Below, piece by piece: positions 20,814 to 30,274 of a DNA stretch of 64,000 nucleotides. Position 1 is the first letter of the stretch, and each line of letters begins with the position of its first letter. Under the pieces are notes generated by a model. It was not told the origin of the DNA, did no database searches, and saw nothing but the letters and a program-made list of their open reading frames with translations. This DNA comes from Patescibacteria group bacterium (lineage in GTDB: Bacteria; Patescibacteriota; Microgenomatia; UBA1400; PJMF01): assembly GCA_049322575.1 (NCBI GenBank), contig JBMORQ010000027.1, positions 87,081 through 151,080 on the forward strand. Direction: 5' to 3'. A program made the position numbers and the translations under genes.

Positions 20814-20956
20814 GCTCACAAAGTGTAATTATACCAATTAATTCCAGTTATACAAAAGGCAATCCGAGTGTTATAATTCTGGTTCGTGCCTCACAGATAA
20901 CAGGGGAAACTCTATTAGTTTATCTCGGCCAATTATTGTATAATACCGACTCACTA

Positions 20957-21508
20957 GTGATTAGAAAGAAACTTACAAAAAGACAACCAACCACCTTCGT
21001 CATAGCGAACCATCGTATTCGCTATCCCCAGGTTAGAGTTCTCGCCGAATCTGGAGAAATGGTTGGGATGATGTCACCCGCGGAGGCAATGCAGATTGCC
21101 ATGGATCAAGAAAAAGACTTGGTCTTAGTCACAGACAAATCGAATCCGCCAGTCTGCAAAATCATCGAAATCTCTAAGTTTAAGTACCAACTTAAACAAA
21201 AAGACGCCGAGAGTCGCAAAAACAGTCGTAATCAAGAGTTAAAAGAGGTTCGTTTCAGCCCATTCATGGGAGAAAATGACTTCGAGGCAAGAGCCAATAA
21301 GGTTATCGATTTTTTGAAAAAAGGTAACAAAGTTCGCTTAAGCTTAATGTTTAAAGGAAGACAGATAACCAAAAAAGAGTTTGGTTTTGAAATGTTCAAC
21401 AAGCTCTTTGCTAGAACCACGGATATCGCCATAGTCGAAATCGAACCAAAGTTATTAGGAAAAAAGTTACAAGCCCAGTTAGCACCAAGTAAAAAACAAA
21501 AAACCTAA
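20957..21508 (+). CDS. infC: Translation initiation factor IF-3 (start GTG 20957 or ATT 20960)
   Basis: NHRIRYPQVRV, PPVCKI, KEVRF, FLKKGNKV..FKGR; no in-frame ATG before the conserved core. Confidence 0.95.
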   Translation: MIRKKLTKRQPTTFVIANHRIRYPQVRVLAESGEMVGMMSPAEAMQIAMDQEKDLVLVTDKSNPPVCKIIEISKFKYQLKQKDAESRKNSRNQELKEVRFSPFMGENDFEARANKVIDFLKKGNKVRLSLMFKGRQITKKEFGFEMFNKLFARTTDIAIVEIEPKLLGKKLQAQLAPSKKQKT

Positions 21509-21516
21509 TCGCAGAT

Positions 21517-21720
21517 ATGAAAAAAATTAAACAAAAAACCAGAAAAGGCGCTAGCAAAAGATTTAAAATTACCGGTACAGGTAAAGTCTTACGTCGCAGC
21601 CAAAACTCGCGACATTTGCAACGCAAAAAGTCAAAAAAAACTAAAAGAACCTACCGCATTCCTGTTGAAGTCAAAGGAAAGTGGGCAAAGAAGATTAAGC
21701 GCATGCTTGGTCTGGCTTAA
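21517..21720 (+). CDS. rpmI: 50S ribosomal protein L35
   Basis: KTRKGASKRFKITGTGK; synteny with infC and rplT. Confidence 0.96.
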   Translation: MKKIKQKTRKGASKRFKITGTGKVLRRSQNSRHLQRKKSKKTKRTYRIPVEVKGKWAKKIKRMLGLA

Positions 21721-21738
21721 TAAAAAGGAGAAAGATTT

Positions 21739-22092
21739 ATGTCACGTGCTAAGATTGGCGTCGTTCGCCATAAAAAACACGCTAAAGTTTTAAAACTAGC
21801 CAAAGGTTTTCGCGGTGCTAATAGTCGTTTGTACAAACGCGCTCACGAAGCAGTTTTACACTCTGGTCAGTATGCCTATATCGGCCGAAAGCTTCGCAAG
21901 AGAGATATGCGCAAACTCTGGATTATTCGCATTAATGCGGCTCTGAAAATGATTGATGAGAAATTACAATATTCTCGCTTCATCAATGCCATGAATAAAG
22001 CCAAGATCGCTTTAAATCGCAAAATGCTCTCAGAAATTGCTGTTCAAGATATGGACACTTTTAAGGCTATCGTTGATAAAGTTGCAAAATAA
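21739..22092 (+). CDS. rplT: 50S ribosomal protein L20
   Basis: AKGFRG, RKRDMRKLWIIRINAA, LNRKMLSEIA; SD AAGGAG. Confidence 0.97.
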   Translation: MSRAKIGVVRHKKHAKVLKLAKGFRGANSRLYKRAHEAVLHSGQYAYIGRKLRKRDMRKLWIIRINAALKMIDEKLQYSRFINAMNKAKIALNRKMLSEIAVQDMDTFKAIVDKVAK

Positions 22093-22141
22093 AATTTTGC
22101 GATAAAAAATGCTTTCTTTGCAAGAAATCTATTAAAAGAAA

Positions 22142-22192
22142 ATGCTCAATTCACAAAAATTTACCACCTTTTTCTTTTTTAGCCTTATTTAA
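22142..22192 (+). CDS. Phe-rich leader peptide (PheM-like) MLNSQKFTTFFFFSLI
   Basis: 16 codons with 5 Phe (4 consecutive), between rplT and pheS, overlapping alternative RNA helices. Confidence 0.8.
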   Translation: MLNSQKFTTFFFFSLI

Positions 22193-22248
22193 GGCGGGTG
22201 GTTTTAGTATTTGAAACAGAACAAACCCCGCCTCAAGGCGGGGTTTTT
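22163..22248 (+). promoter_or_regulatory. pheST transcription attenuator (protector / antiterminator / terminator)
   Basis: ACCACC:GGTGGT plus GCCTT:AAGGC; AGGCGGG(TG)GTTT:AAACCCCGCCT; terminator AAACCCCGCC-tcaa-GGCGGGGTTTTT. Confidence 0.8.
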
Positions 22249-22318
22249 GTATTATTAATAGAAGAATGGTTGCTGTTACAATAATTAGATTGGTACAACC
22301 CCATTCAAGAAAGAGAAA

Positions 22319-23371
22319 ATGGCACAATTAGACTCAATAAAACAAGAAGTTGAAAATATTCTGGCAGTTTTTTCCCAGGACCAAAGTAGTGTTGTCGATA
22401 AAAAAACCAAATATCTAGGCAAGAAAGGATTGTTCAATCAACTAGCTAAAACAATCGGCTCGATACCAGCTGATGATCGCCCTCAAGCAGGTATTTTGCT
22501 CAACCAGCTTAAGACAACGCTGGAAAAACAGCTAAGTTCACAACAAAACTCTTCTTCAGAGCAATTTGTTGATCTAACTATCCCCGGAAAGAAACCAGAA
22601 GTTGGACACATGCACCCCGTCTCACAGGCCATGGAAGAAATCACTCATATTTTTGAGAAAATCGGATTTACTAGAGTTAGATATCCAGAAGTTGACTGGG
22701 ATTGGTATGTCTTTGAGGCACTAAACATGCCTAAAGACCACCCTGCGCGCGATGAATGGGAGACATTTTTTGTCGACGTACCAGAAAATGATCAAAGAGG
22801 CAAAGTAGTATTAACAACCCACACCTCAAATGGTCAGGTTAGGGAAATGGAAAGGCTAAAATCCCAACCACCCATCCGCATGATAAACATTGCACGCTGC
22901 TACAGACGACAACAAGACGCAACCCATACTCAAATGTTCCATCAGTTCGAGGGTTTGGTGGTGGATAAAGGCATTAATATTCAACATCTCAAAGGCACTT
23001 TAGATTATTTTGCACGCGAATTTTATGGTCCCGGCACAAAAAGCCGCATTCGCCCGTTCCACTTTCAGTTTACCGAGCCATCTTTCGAGGTGGATTTTAG
23101 TTGCCACATTTGTAGTGGTACTGGCAAAGTTGTTGATGATAACAATCAACAAACAAAATGTAAGTTCTGTAAATCCGGTTGGCACGAAGTGGGCGGAGCA
23201 GGTATGGTACATCCCAATGTCTTAAAGGCTGGCGGCATCGATCCAGAAGAGTACACTGGATTTGCTTTTGGTTGGGGAATTGAACGGACATATACCTTAA
23301 AGGAGGGTCTAAATATTGATGACATTCGTTTGCTTTATTCAGGAGATATGAGGTTTTTGGAACAATTTTAA
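22319..23371 (+). CDS. pheS: Phenylalanine--tRNA ligase alpha subunit
   Basis: HPARD, THTS, FHQFEG, FQFTEPS, GMVHPNV, FGWGIER; CxxC...CxxC insertion. Confidence 0.97.
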   Translation: MAQLDSIKQEVENILAVFSQDQSSVVDKKTKYLGKKGLFNQLAKTIGSIPADDRPQAGILLNQLKTTLEKQLSSQQNSSSEQFVDLTIPGKKPEVGHMHPVSQAMEEITHIFEKIGFTRVRYPEVDWDWYVFEALNMPKDHPARDEWETFFVDVPENDQRGKVVLTTHTSNGQVREMERLKSQPPIRMINIARCYRRQQDATHTQMFHQFEGLVVDKGINIQHLKGTLDYFAREFYGPGTKSRIRPFHFQFTEPSFEVDFSCHICSGTGKVVDDNNQQTKCKFCKSGWHEVGGAGMVHPNVLKAGGIDPEEYTGFAFGWGIERTYTLKEGLNIDDIRLLYSGDMRFLEQF

Positions 23372-23412
23372 TTAATAAATATATCACTTCAATTAAACGA
23401 ACAAAGGAAAAA

Positions 23413-25407
23413 ATGAATATCTTAATCCCACACAAATGGCTCTTAGATCATTTAGAAACAAGTGCTTCGCCTCAAGAAATTCAACGAACGCTATCTTTGA
23501 GTGGACCTTCGGTTGAAAGAATCTACGAGCGCTTTGGAGATAGTGTTTATGATATTGAAGTCACAACCAACCGTGTCGACTCCATGAGCGTAAGAGGCAT
23601 CGCACGCGAGGCAGCCACAATACTCAAGCAATTTGGTATTGAGGCCTGTCTCAAACCGCTTGAATTGGAAGTGGGGAAAAATGCTAAACCACAGCAAGCA
23701 ACTTTACCATTGCCAAAAATCATCAATGACCCAAAACTTAACAAACGCACCACCTGCGTCATTTTGTCCAATATCAAAAGGACTCCAACTCCAGAATGGA
23801 TGGAACAAAAGCTGCAACAGGTCGATATTGGTGTCCATGATAGTGTGATCGATATCACAAACTATGTAACTCATGACTTAGGGCATCCCTGCCATGCCTT
23901 CGACTATGAAAAATTGATGGCAACAGGTGGAGTCATTAACATCGTACAAGCCAAAAAAGGCGAAAAATTCCAGACTTTAGATGGTCTAGAGTTTGAAACT
24001 GTTGGGGGCGAGGTCGTTTTTAAGAATGGTCGAGATGAAATAATTGATCTTCCTTCGATTAAAGGAACTGCTAATACTTCAATTGACCAAAGTACTCAAA
24101 ATGTACTTTTATTATTAGAATCAATTCAACCGAAATATGTTCGTTTTGCTAGCATGACTCATGCCATAAGAACCACAGCAGCTCAACTAATGGAAAAAGA
24201 CGTTGATCCCAATCTCGCCGAATTGGTTTTGCGTAAAGGAGTTGAACTCTATCAACAATTGTGTGAGGCAAAGATAGCAAGTGAAATCTATGACGATTTT
24301 CCGATGCCACGTAACCCCCGGACGATCGTCACACCGATTAAAAAGGTTTCTTCTTACCTTGGTATTGAATTAGAAAACACAATCATCAAGCAGATTCTCG
24401 AAGATTTAGGATGCAAGGTAGAAATTTCTCAGGATAGCATAATGGTCACGCCACCAAGTTTCCGCAACGACCTTGAAATACCTGCGGACATTGTTGAAGA
24501 AATCGCCAGAATTTACGGTTATCACAAGCTTCCAAGTCTGCTTATGCCAACAGCGATTCCTTTAGAAAAGCCAGCTGAAACAAATTTCGTTGTGGAAGAT
24601 AAAATTAAACATTTCTTGGCTGCAATCGGCTGGCAGGAAATTTACAGTTACTCAATGGTGTCAGAAGAATTGGCCATGAAATCTGGACAAAGCCCGAAAG
24701 ACCACTTAAAACTATCCAATCCTCTGACAGATGATCGTGTCTATCTGCGGCGCTCACTTGCTCCATCGCTTATTGAGATCATAGAACAAAATTCTCAAAG
24801 AAAAGTCATGTCTGTTTTCGAATTGGCAAAAATCTATCAACCAGTCACTGGCAAATTACCAATAGAGAGAATGATGCTAACCTTAGTATCCAATAAAAAC
24901 TACTTATCCGTAAAAGGAGACTTTGAAGCACTTTTAGATCAATTCTTTGTTAGAGAGTACAAATTTTCATTGGTCGAAAATCAATCAGAAAATCAAGCCG
25001 AACTAACAGTAATAAATCCAGCTGGTCAACAGACACAAGTAGCTGTTATCGAAATGCGAAACGGATACACGATAATCGATGTTGATCTACTTCAATTAAT
25101 TAAAGTGGCAAAAAAACATCCGAATTATCAACAAATCCCAAAGACTTCCAGTACAATTGAAGAGCTAACTTTTACTGATGTACGGTCAAATATTGGTGAT
25201 TTAATTAATCAAATTAAAGAAACAAACCGACTGGTAAAATCTGTCAAATATCTTGGATCATATAAGGAAAATCACAGCTTTGCCATTGAATATTGGGATC
25301 AAAAACATACACTCACTGCAGAAGAGGTTAGCCCGGTAAGAAAAGAAATCGTTGCCAGACTAAGCGGCAATAACCAGGCAAGGTTAGTTGGCAAGCTGGC
25401 TGATTAG
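23413..25407 (+). CDS. pheT: Phenylalanine--tRNA ligase beta subunit (short, no OB domain)
   Basis: EVTTNRVD, DITNYV, PSFRNDL...DIVEEIARIYGY, LSNPL...LRRSL. Confidence 0.94.
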   Translation: MNILIPHKWLLDHLETSASPQEIQRTLSLSGPSVERIYERFGDSVYDIEVTTNRVDSMSVRGIAREAATILKQFGIEACLKPLELEVGKNAKPQQATLPLPKIINDPKLNKRTTCVILSNIKRTPTPEWMEQKLQQVDIGVHDSVIDITNYVTHDLGHPCHAFDYEKLMATGGVINIVQAKKGEKFQTLDGLEFETVGGEVVFKNGRDEIIDLPSIKGTANTSIDQSTQNVLLLLESIQPKYVRFASMTHAIRTTAAQLMEKDVDPNLAELVLRKGVELYQQLCEAKIASEIYDDFPMPRNPRTIVTPIKKVSSYLGIELENTIIKQILEDLGCKVEISQDSIMVTPPSFRNDLEIPADIVEEIARIYGYHKLPSLLMPTAIPLEKPAETNFVVEDKIKHFLAAIGWQEIYSYSMVSEELAMKSGQSPKDHLKLSNPLTDDRVYLRRSLAPSLIEIIEQNSQRKVMSVFELAKIYQPVTGKLPIERMMLTLVSNKNYLSVKGDFEALLDQFFVREYKFSLVENQSENQAELTVINPAGQQTQVAVIEMRNGYTIIDVDLLQLIKVAKKHPNYQQIPKTSSTIEELTFTDVRSNIGDLINQIKETNRLVKSVKYLGSYKENHSFAIEYWDQKHTLTAEEVSPVRKEIVARLSGNNQARLVGKLAD

Positions 25408-25408
25408 A

Positions 25409-26743
25409 ATGCCTAAGGAATTAAATCTCTGTAAAGTGATGTCCAAAAGAAAAGTGATAAAAGGAGAGACCACAAAATCGAAAACATCTGAAATTGTTTT
25501 TAATTGGTTTATAGTAGCAATCGTTTTTGTTATCCCCGTCAATCTTTTTAAAAAGTATTTACTTGATGATTCGTATATTACTGGCCTGCTTGTTGATTAT
25601 CTGATTCCTAAAATATATCTTGCTGATATTCTGGTTGTCCCACTAATCATTGCTAGTTTTGTTACACAGAGATATCAATATTGGCAAATTATTTCAAGAC
25701 ACTTTAATTGGCTAAAGTGGTTAATTCTAATTGTACTAATCATTGCTCTGCGGCAGTTTTTTGTCGACAAACCAATGGCTGCTTTTTATCAGTTTTACAA
25801 ACTAATTGAGTTTTCATTATTGTCGCTGGTGATTTGGCACAACCGAAAAATCATTAAACTGCAACTAGTTTTTCAGTCATTGTTCTTAAGTATCCTTTTC
25901 CAATCTGCTATCGCAATTTTCCAGTTTATTGCCCAGCATCAGCTTATCGGCTTTGTTCCGCTTGGAGAGCCAGATTATGGTAACTCATTGCTTCTCTCCA
26001 AAATAAGCATTTTTGGTCGTTACCTTATCTCTCCATATGGCACAACCAGTCATCCCAATGTCTTAGCAGGAATGGTGGTTGTATATTTTCTCATAGCTAT
26101 ATTTCTAATAAATAAAAAATCAGCTAATATTCAAAGAATCCAGATTGGCGTGATGATGTTATTGACATTAGTCGTTATCGTGCTCACTCAATCATTTTCT
26201 GCTGGTTTATCACTCTTTCTCGGGTTGTTTACTTTTTCTTTCCACAAAACCTTTCAGGTTATTGCCAAAGAAATCCCTGACCAAACCAAGCTTATGTTTT
26301 CCAAAAAAAGTCTGTTTGTTGTGGCAATTTTCGCAATGGTCGTCTTGCCACTGCTTGTACATTTCTTTGCGCATAAATTTCCAAAAAATTATTCATTGAC
26401 CAGAAGAGATTTGCTTAATTCCTCCGCCTTGATGATGATAATGGATCAACCCTTGTTTGGACAAGGTATCAATCAGTTCACTGTGCAGCTGGAGCATTTC
26501 GCCAAGTCAAAAGAGGTTATCCGCTTTATCCAACCCGCCCATCACACTCTTTTATTGTTTATCAGTGAAACCGGATTGATTGGAATAGCACTTGTCTTGA
26601 TAGTCCTGCCAAGACTTAACCACAGACAATTACTTTGGCTGCTCATTCTCTCGCCAATCCTGTTATTTGACCATTATTTCTACAGCCAACAGATTGGCTT
26701 GGGCATGATCGCCTTAAGCATACCACTGATCAAAAACGGGTAA
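25409..26743 (+). CDS. O-antigen ligase / O-oligosaccharyltransferase-like membrane protein
   Basis: YGTTSHPNVLAG, PLFGQGINQF, QPAHHTLLLFISETGLIG; multi-TM. Confidence 0.8.
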   Translation: MPKELNLCKVMSKRKVIKGETTKSKTSEIVFNWFIVAIVFVIPVNLFKKYLLDDSYITGLLVDYLIPKIYLADILVVPLIIASFVTQRYQYWQIISRHFNWLKWLILIVLIIALRQFFVDKPMAAFYQFYKLIEFSLLSLVIWHNRKIIKLQLVFQSLFLSILFQSAIAIFQFIAQHQLIGFVPLGEPDYGNSLLLSKISIFGRYLISPYGTTSHPNVLAGMVVVYFLIAIFLINKKSANIQRIQIGVMMLLTLVVIVLTQSFSAGLSLFLGLFTFSFHKTFQVIAKEIPDQTKLMFSKKSLFVVAIFAMVVLPLLVHFFAHKFPKNYSLTRRDLLNSSALMMIMDQPLFGQGINQFTVQLEHFAKSKEVIRFIQPAHHTLLLFISETGLIGIALVLIVLPRLNHRQLLWLLILSPILLFDHYFYSQQIGLGMIALSIPLIKNG

Positions 26744-26779
26744 ACTTTTCTCGAATCTGATTTGCAAAAAAAGGATTTG

Positions 26780-29611
26780 TTACGTCCCAGGTGCCCCTGT
26801 GGGGATAGGTGTAACCGTCGGAGAGGGTGGAGCAGGGGTGGGACTTGGAGGAACTGCTGTCGGCGCCGCTGTCGGAGCAACTGTAGGTGCAACGGTGGGA
26901 ACAGCTGTTGGCACTGGAGTAGCAGTCGGTTCTGGCTTTTTCCAATCTTGACCACCTGTACCGATCTTAACAGTGTTGCTGGTGGCCTCTTTGCCATTTC
27001 TTGACTTGGCTTTTGCGTATAGCTCGTGTTGTCCCGAAGACAGGTGTACTTTTCCTCGATAGGAGTATGAGTTAACAATTTCCCTAAGACTGCCATCGAT
27101 CCATAGCTCAATCTTTTCAATGCCCTCGTCACTTCCAGCATCGATATGAACTTCAATATCTTCCTCGCTGTAAACCTTCTCGTTCTCCGGACGTGAGAGT
27201 CTAACAGTGACGTCTCCGCTCTCACCACAGTACTCAGTGGGATATTTAAATCGGCCATCATCCTGAGAGTTGATCCAGTTCATTATGCCTTCCTGCCAAC
27301 GGTTTTTGCCATCAGTGCTAACAGGATCGTTTTCCTGCATGACAATAATCTCTTTTTCCTCGAAGTCTCCAGCAGCCACTCTGGCCTCATTAGCTAGCTT
27401 GTTTTCGCCTCGGCAGACTTTGGCTTTGATATGAATCGGATCTGGGGGTGGAGGCAGCGTCCCCTTGATAACATAATCTTTGCGACTAGGAAATTCATCA
27501 TGCTTAAGATAACCAGAAATCGAATCTACCTCGACCTCTTCCACGCCCTCGGGAACTTTCCATTCAGGAGCTTCATATCCTTTTTCCAAGGCAGCCATGA
27601 TAATTTTGCGCCAAATTGGAGATGCGCCGGTTACGCCTGAAGCTACGCGACTCATCTCGCTGTTATCATTATTGCCCACCCAAACACCAACCATAACTTT
27701 CTGACTCCAACCGATGGTCCAGTTATCGCGCTGATCATTGGTTGTACCTGTCTTGACGGCAATAGGCTTGCCCGTGTTCAAGAGAGAGTTGGCGCCAAAA
27801 GCCAACAACCGAGCATTATTGTCCGATAGAATATGGTTGATCAAAAAAGCTTCTTCCTCAGAGAAGACCCTTGCTCCTGCTACAGGCTTATGCTCATAAA
27901 GTAAGTTGCCCTCTGAATCCGTGACTTTGAGAATAGAAACAGGCTCTACCTTCAGGCCGCCATTGGCAAAGCTACTGTATGCCGAAACGGTATCGATCAG
28001 ATGCACTTCAGCTCCACCAAGGGTAACAGCCAATCCAAAACGTTTGAGGTTGGCCTCGGTCGGCTCGAGTGTCTTAAAACCCATGTCGTTAGCCAGTTGT
28101 AAGAAGTTGGGCACCCCAACAATTGCCAACGACTTGACAGCCGGAATATTTAGAGAGCTACCCAAACTATTGCGCAAGTTGACCGGACCACGGAACTTGC
28201 CATCATAGTTTTTTGGTTCATATTTGTCAGCGTCATCATGAGGAGCAAAAGTAGTTGGCACATCAGCCAACATGGTCGCCGGAGTGTATCCCATACGAAT
28301 CATCGCTAGATAGGTTACTGGTTTGATCGATGAACCTGGTTGGCGTAAACCGTCAACTGCCACATTGTATTGACCATCGATGTCCTCAGCAAAGTAGTCT
28401 TTGCTTCCGACCATACTAATAATTTCTCCCGTTTCTGGGTTCAAGACCATTGCTGAACCGTTGGAGATTTTATACTTCTCAACAGCCTCGATCTCTTCAG
28501 CAACAATTTGCTGGGCTTGTTGTTGCAACTCAAGATCAAGCGTGGTTGTCACCGATAGGCCACCTTTTTCCACCAAATCCTCACCAAACATTTCACTCAA
28601 CTGATCTTTGACATAAAAGACAAAATGTGGTGACTTAATTTCAACGGCAGTCTTTTCAAAAGTTAAAGTCTCAACTTGGCCCATTGCTTCTTCATAGGCT
28701 AGGTCTGTGATATACCCATCTTCCTTCATGCGCATCAAAACGCCTCGGGTGCGCATTTTCCAGAGTGGTTCACCCTCTGCATCTTTTTTACCAGAGTAGG
28801 GAGAGTAGGCACTTGGGCGCTGTGGTAAACCTGCTAGGAACGCCGACTCCACAAGATTCAAATCAGAAACTGATTTATTAAAGTAGATCTCAGCAGCTGT
28901 GCCAATACCCCAAGCGGTACCGCCATATGGGGCCTCGTTGAGGTACATCTCCAAAATTTGCTCCTTGGTAAAAGTGCGCTCGATCTGAATCGATATTACC
29001 AATTCCTTAAACTTCCTGGAAAAGGTCTTCTCATTTGAGAGGAAGACATTTTTTACCAATTGTTGAGTCAAGGTTGAACCTCCAACTACCCGATGACGAA
29101 AGATGATATTGTACGGAATGCGCACGATGGTCATGAAATCAAAACCACCATGTTTGTAAAAGTCTTTGTCTTCGATAGCCACTACAGCATTTTTGAGGTT
29201 TTCTGGCAGTTGACCATAGGAAACTGGATTGCGACGCTCCTCGTTAAAAAGATCATAAAGCAACACACCATTGCGATCGTAAATTTTTGTGCTAAAACCT
29301 GCTCTCCTAACTACTTGACCTGGCTTAGGAAGATCTTTGGAATAATAGGCAAATAAGGCAAAAAAAGCCACAATCCCTGCTAGCACAGCTAGGAACAAAA
29401 CCACAGCTACCCAACGCAGAATTTTCAGACGCAGAATGCGTTTCTGTCCAGGACTCATCTGCTGATAGTTATTGAACCGACTACGAAGTCGAGAACGACC
29501 GCGACGGAAAAACATAAGGCTTCTTTTTAACTCCAGCCAATTTTGGCTGGAAGCATAATGACGAAAGATCGTCTTCAATTTTAGCCAATTTTGTCGTAAA
29601 AAAGATAACAT
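26780..29611 (-). CDS. Class A penicillin-binding protein (PBP1A-like) with C-terminal Ig-like domain and Pro/Thr tail
   Basis: EDKDFYKHGG, GGSTLTQQLVKN, RKFKE, QPGSSIKP (SxxK), SLN, KTGT; start uncertain (29611 or 29749). Confidence 0.93.
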   Translation of the reverse strand: MLSFLRQNWLKLKTIFRHYASSQNWLELKRSLMFFRRGRSRLRSRFNNYQQMSPGQKRILRLKILRWVAVVLFLAVLAGIVAFFALFAYYSKDLPKPGQVVRRAGFSTKIYDRNGVLLYDLFNEERRNPVSYGQLPENLKNAVVAIEDKDFYKHGGFDFMTIVRIPYNIIFRHRVVGGSTLTQQLVKNVFLSNEKTFSRKFKELVISIQIERTFTKEQILEMYLNEAPYGGTAWGIGTAAEIYFNKSVSDLNLVESAFLAGLPQRPSAYSPYSGKKDAEGEPLWKMRTRGVLMRMKEDGYITDLAYEEAMGQVETLTFEKTAVEIKSPHFVFYVKDQLSEMFGEDLVEKGGLSVTTTLDLELQQQAQQIVAEEIEAVEKYKISNGSAMVLNPETGEIISMVGSKDYFAEDIDGQYNVAVDGLRQPGSSIKPVTYLAMIRMGYTPATMLADVPTTFAPHDDADKYEPKNYDGKFRGPVNLRNSLGSSLNIPAVKSLAIVGVPNFLQLANDMGFKTLEPTEANLKRFGLAVTLGGAEVHLIDTVSAYSSFANGGLKVEPVSILKVTDSEGNLLYEHKPVAGARVFSEEEAFLINHILSDNNARLLAFGANSLLNTGKPIAVKTGTTNDQRDNWTIGWSQKVMVGVWVGNNDNSEMSRVASGVTGASPIWRKIIMAALEKGYEAPEWKVPEGVEEVEVDSISGYLKHDEFPSRKDYVIKGTLPPPPDPIHIKAKVCRGENKLANEARVAAGDFEEKEIIVMQENDPVSTDGKNRWQEGIMNWINSQDDGRFKYPTEYCGESGDVTVRLSRPENEKVYSEEDIEVHIDAGSDEGIEKIELWIDGSLREIVNSYSYRGKVHLSSGQHELYAKAKSRNGKEATSNTVKIGTGGQDWKKPEPTATPVPTAVPTVAPTVAPTAAPTAVPPSPTPAPPSPTVTPIPTGAPGT

Positions 29612-29748
29612 CGATTTTGTAATTGTAACAGAGTTGATGAGAGGAGGGAAAGATGACTGAAAAGGGACTAAAAAGGGGGATTTTCTATTTTGCGGCAACA
29701 GATGACTGAAATGGAGCTCTGTTACTAAGCAGCAAACCACCTGCAACA

Positions 29749-29884
29749 TAGATTTCGCGCGAAAAATGTTTTTGTGAGAGAGGATAATTTTCAGCCAAGC
29801 AGTAGTGTGTCTACAGGGACAAGAAATAATTTTTGCACTGCCAGAAAAACTCTAGTGTTAGACGATATTAGGCAAAAAGATCTA
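29749..29884 (+). mobile_element. Degenerate MITE-like copy
   Basis: TAGATTTCGCGCGAAAAAT left end; interior AAGCAGTAG...CTAC...CAAGAAATAATTTTTGCA matches copies A/B. Confidence 0.5.
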
Positions 29885-29888
29885 GACT

Positions 29889-30059
29889 TTATTCACCAAC
29901 ATCACCATGTCCAACACCTGACTCTTCTGCCTCCGCTCCTCCGTCATTCAGCGATTCTGCTTCCGAAACTGCACTCAAGATCATTAAGACAAGTTCTAGA
30001 CAACCCTCCTCTGGTAAGCATTCGAATGCACCTGACCCTTCCGGACTATTGTCTGACAT
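29889..30059 (-). CDS. Small acidic orphan protein (56 aa)
   Basis: ATG preceded by AGAAAAGGT; MSDNSPEGSGAFECLPEEGCLELVLMIL... Confidence 0.4.
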   Translation of the reverse strand: MSDNSPEGSGAFECLPEEGCLELVLMILSAVSEAESLNDGGAEAEESGVGHGDVGE

Positions 30060-30274
30060 ATTACCTTTTCTTAAAAGATTGGCTATTGGCCGTCTTTTGT
30101 ATGTAATTGATGTGGAATTATACCAAGAGATAGTTCTCATCTCAAGTAATAACCATGTAGACCATTTAATCTATCATCTGTCAAATCCATTTGAGTGAAA
30201 TAGCTTCAAGCAAGCAATAAAATATTATTCTTTCCATACATCAATAAAAGCCTTGATGTACAATAAGCCTCATC

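Noticed and set aside
22282-22300. T-box motif upstream of pheS (AATTAGATTGGTACAAC)
   Set aside because: Poor match, lies downstream of the terminator, and has no stem I/specifier; the leader-peptide model fits better
29774-30106. 110-aa + strand ORF
   Set aside because: Starts inside a degenerate repeat, has no recognisable motifs, and overlaps a better-supported - strand ORF
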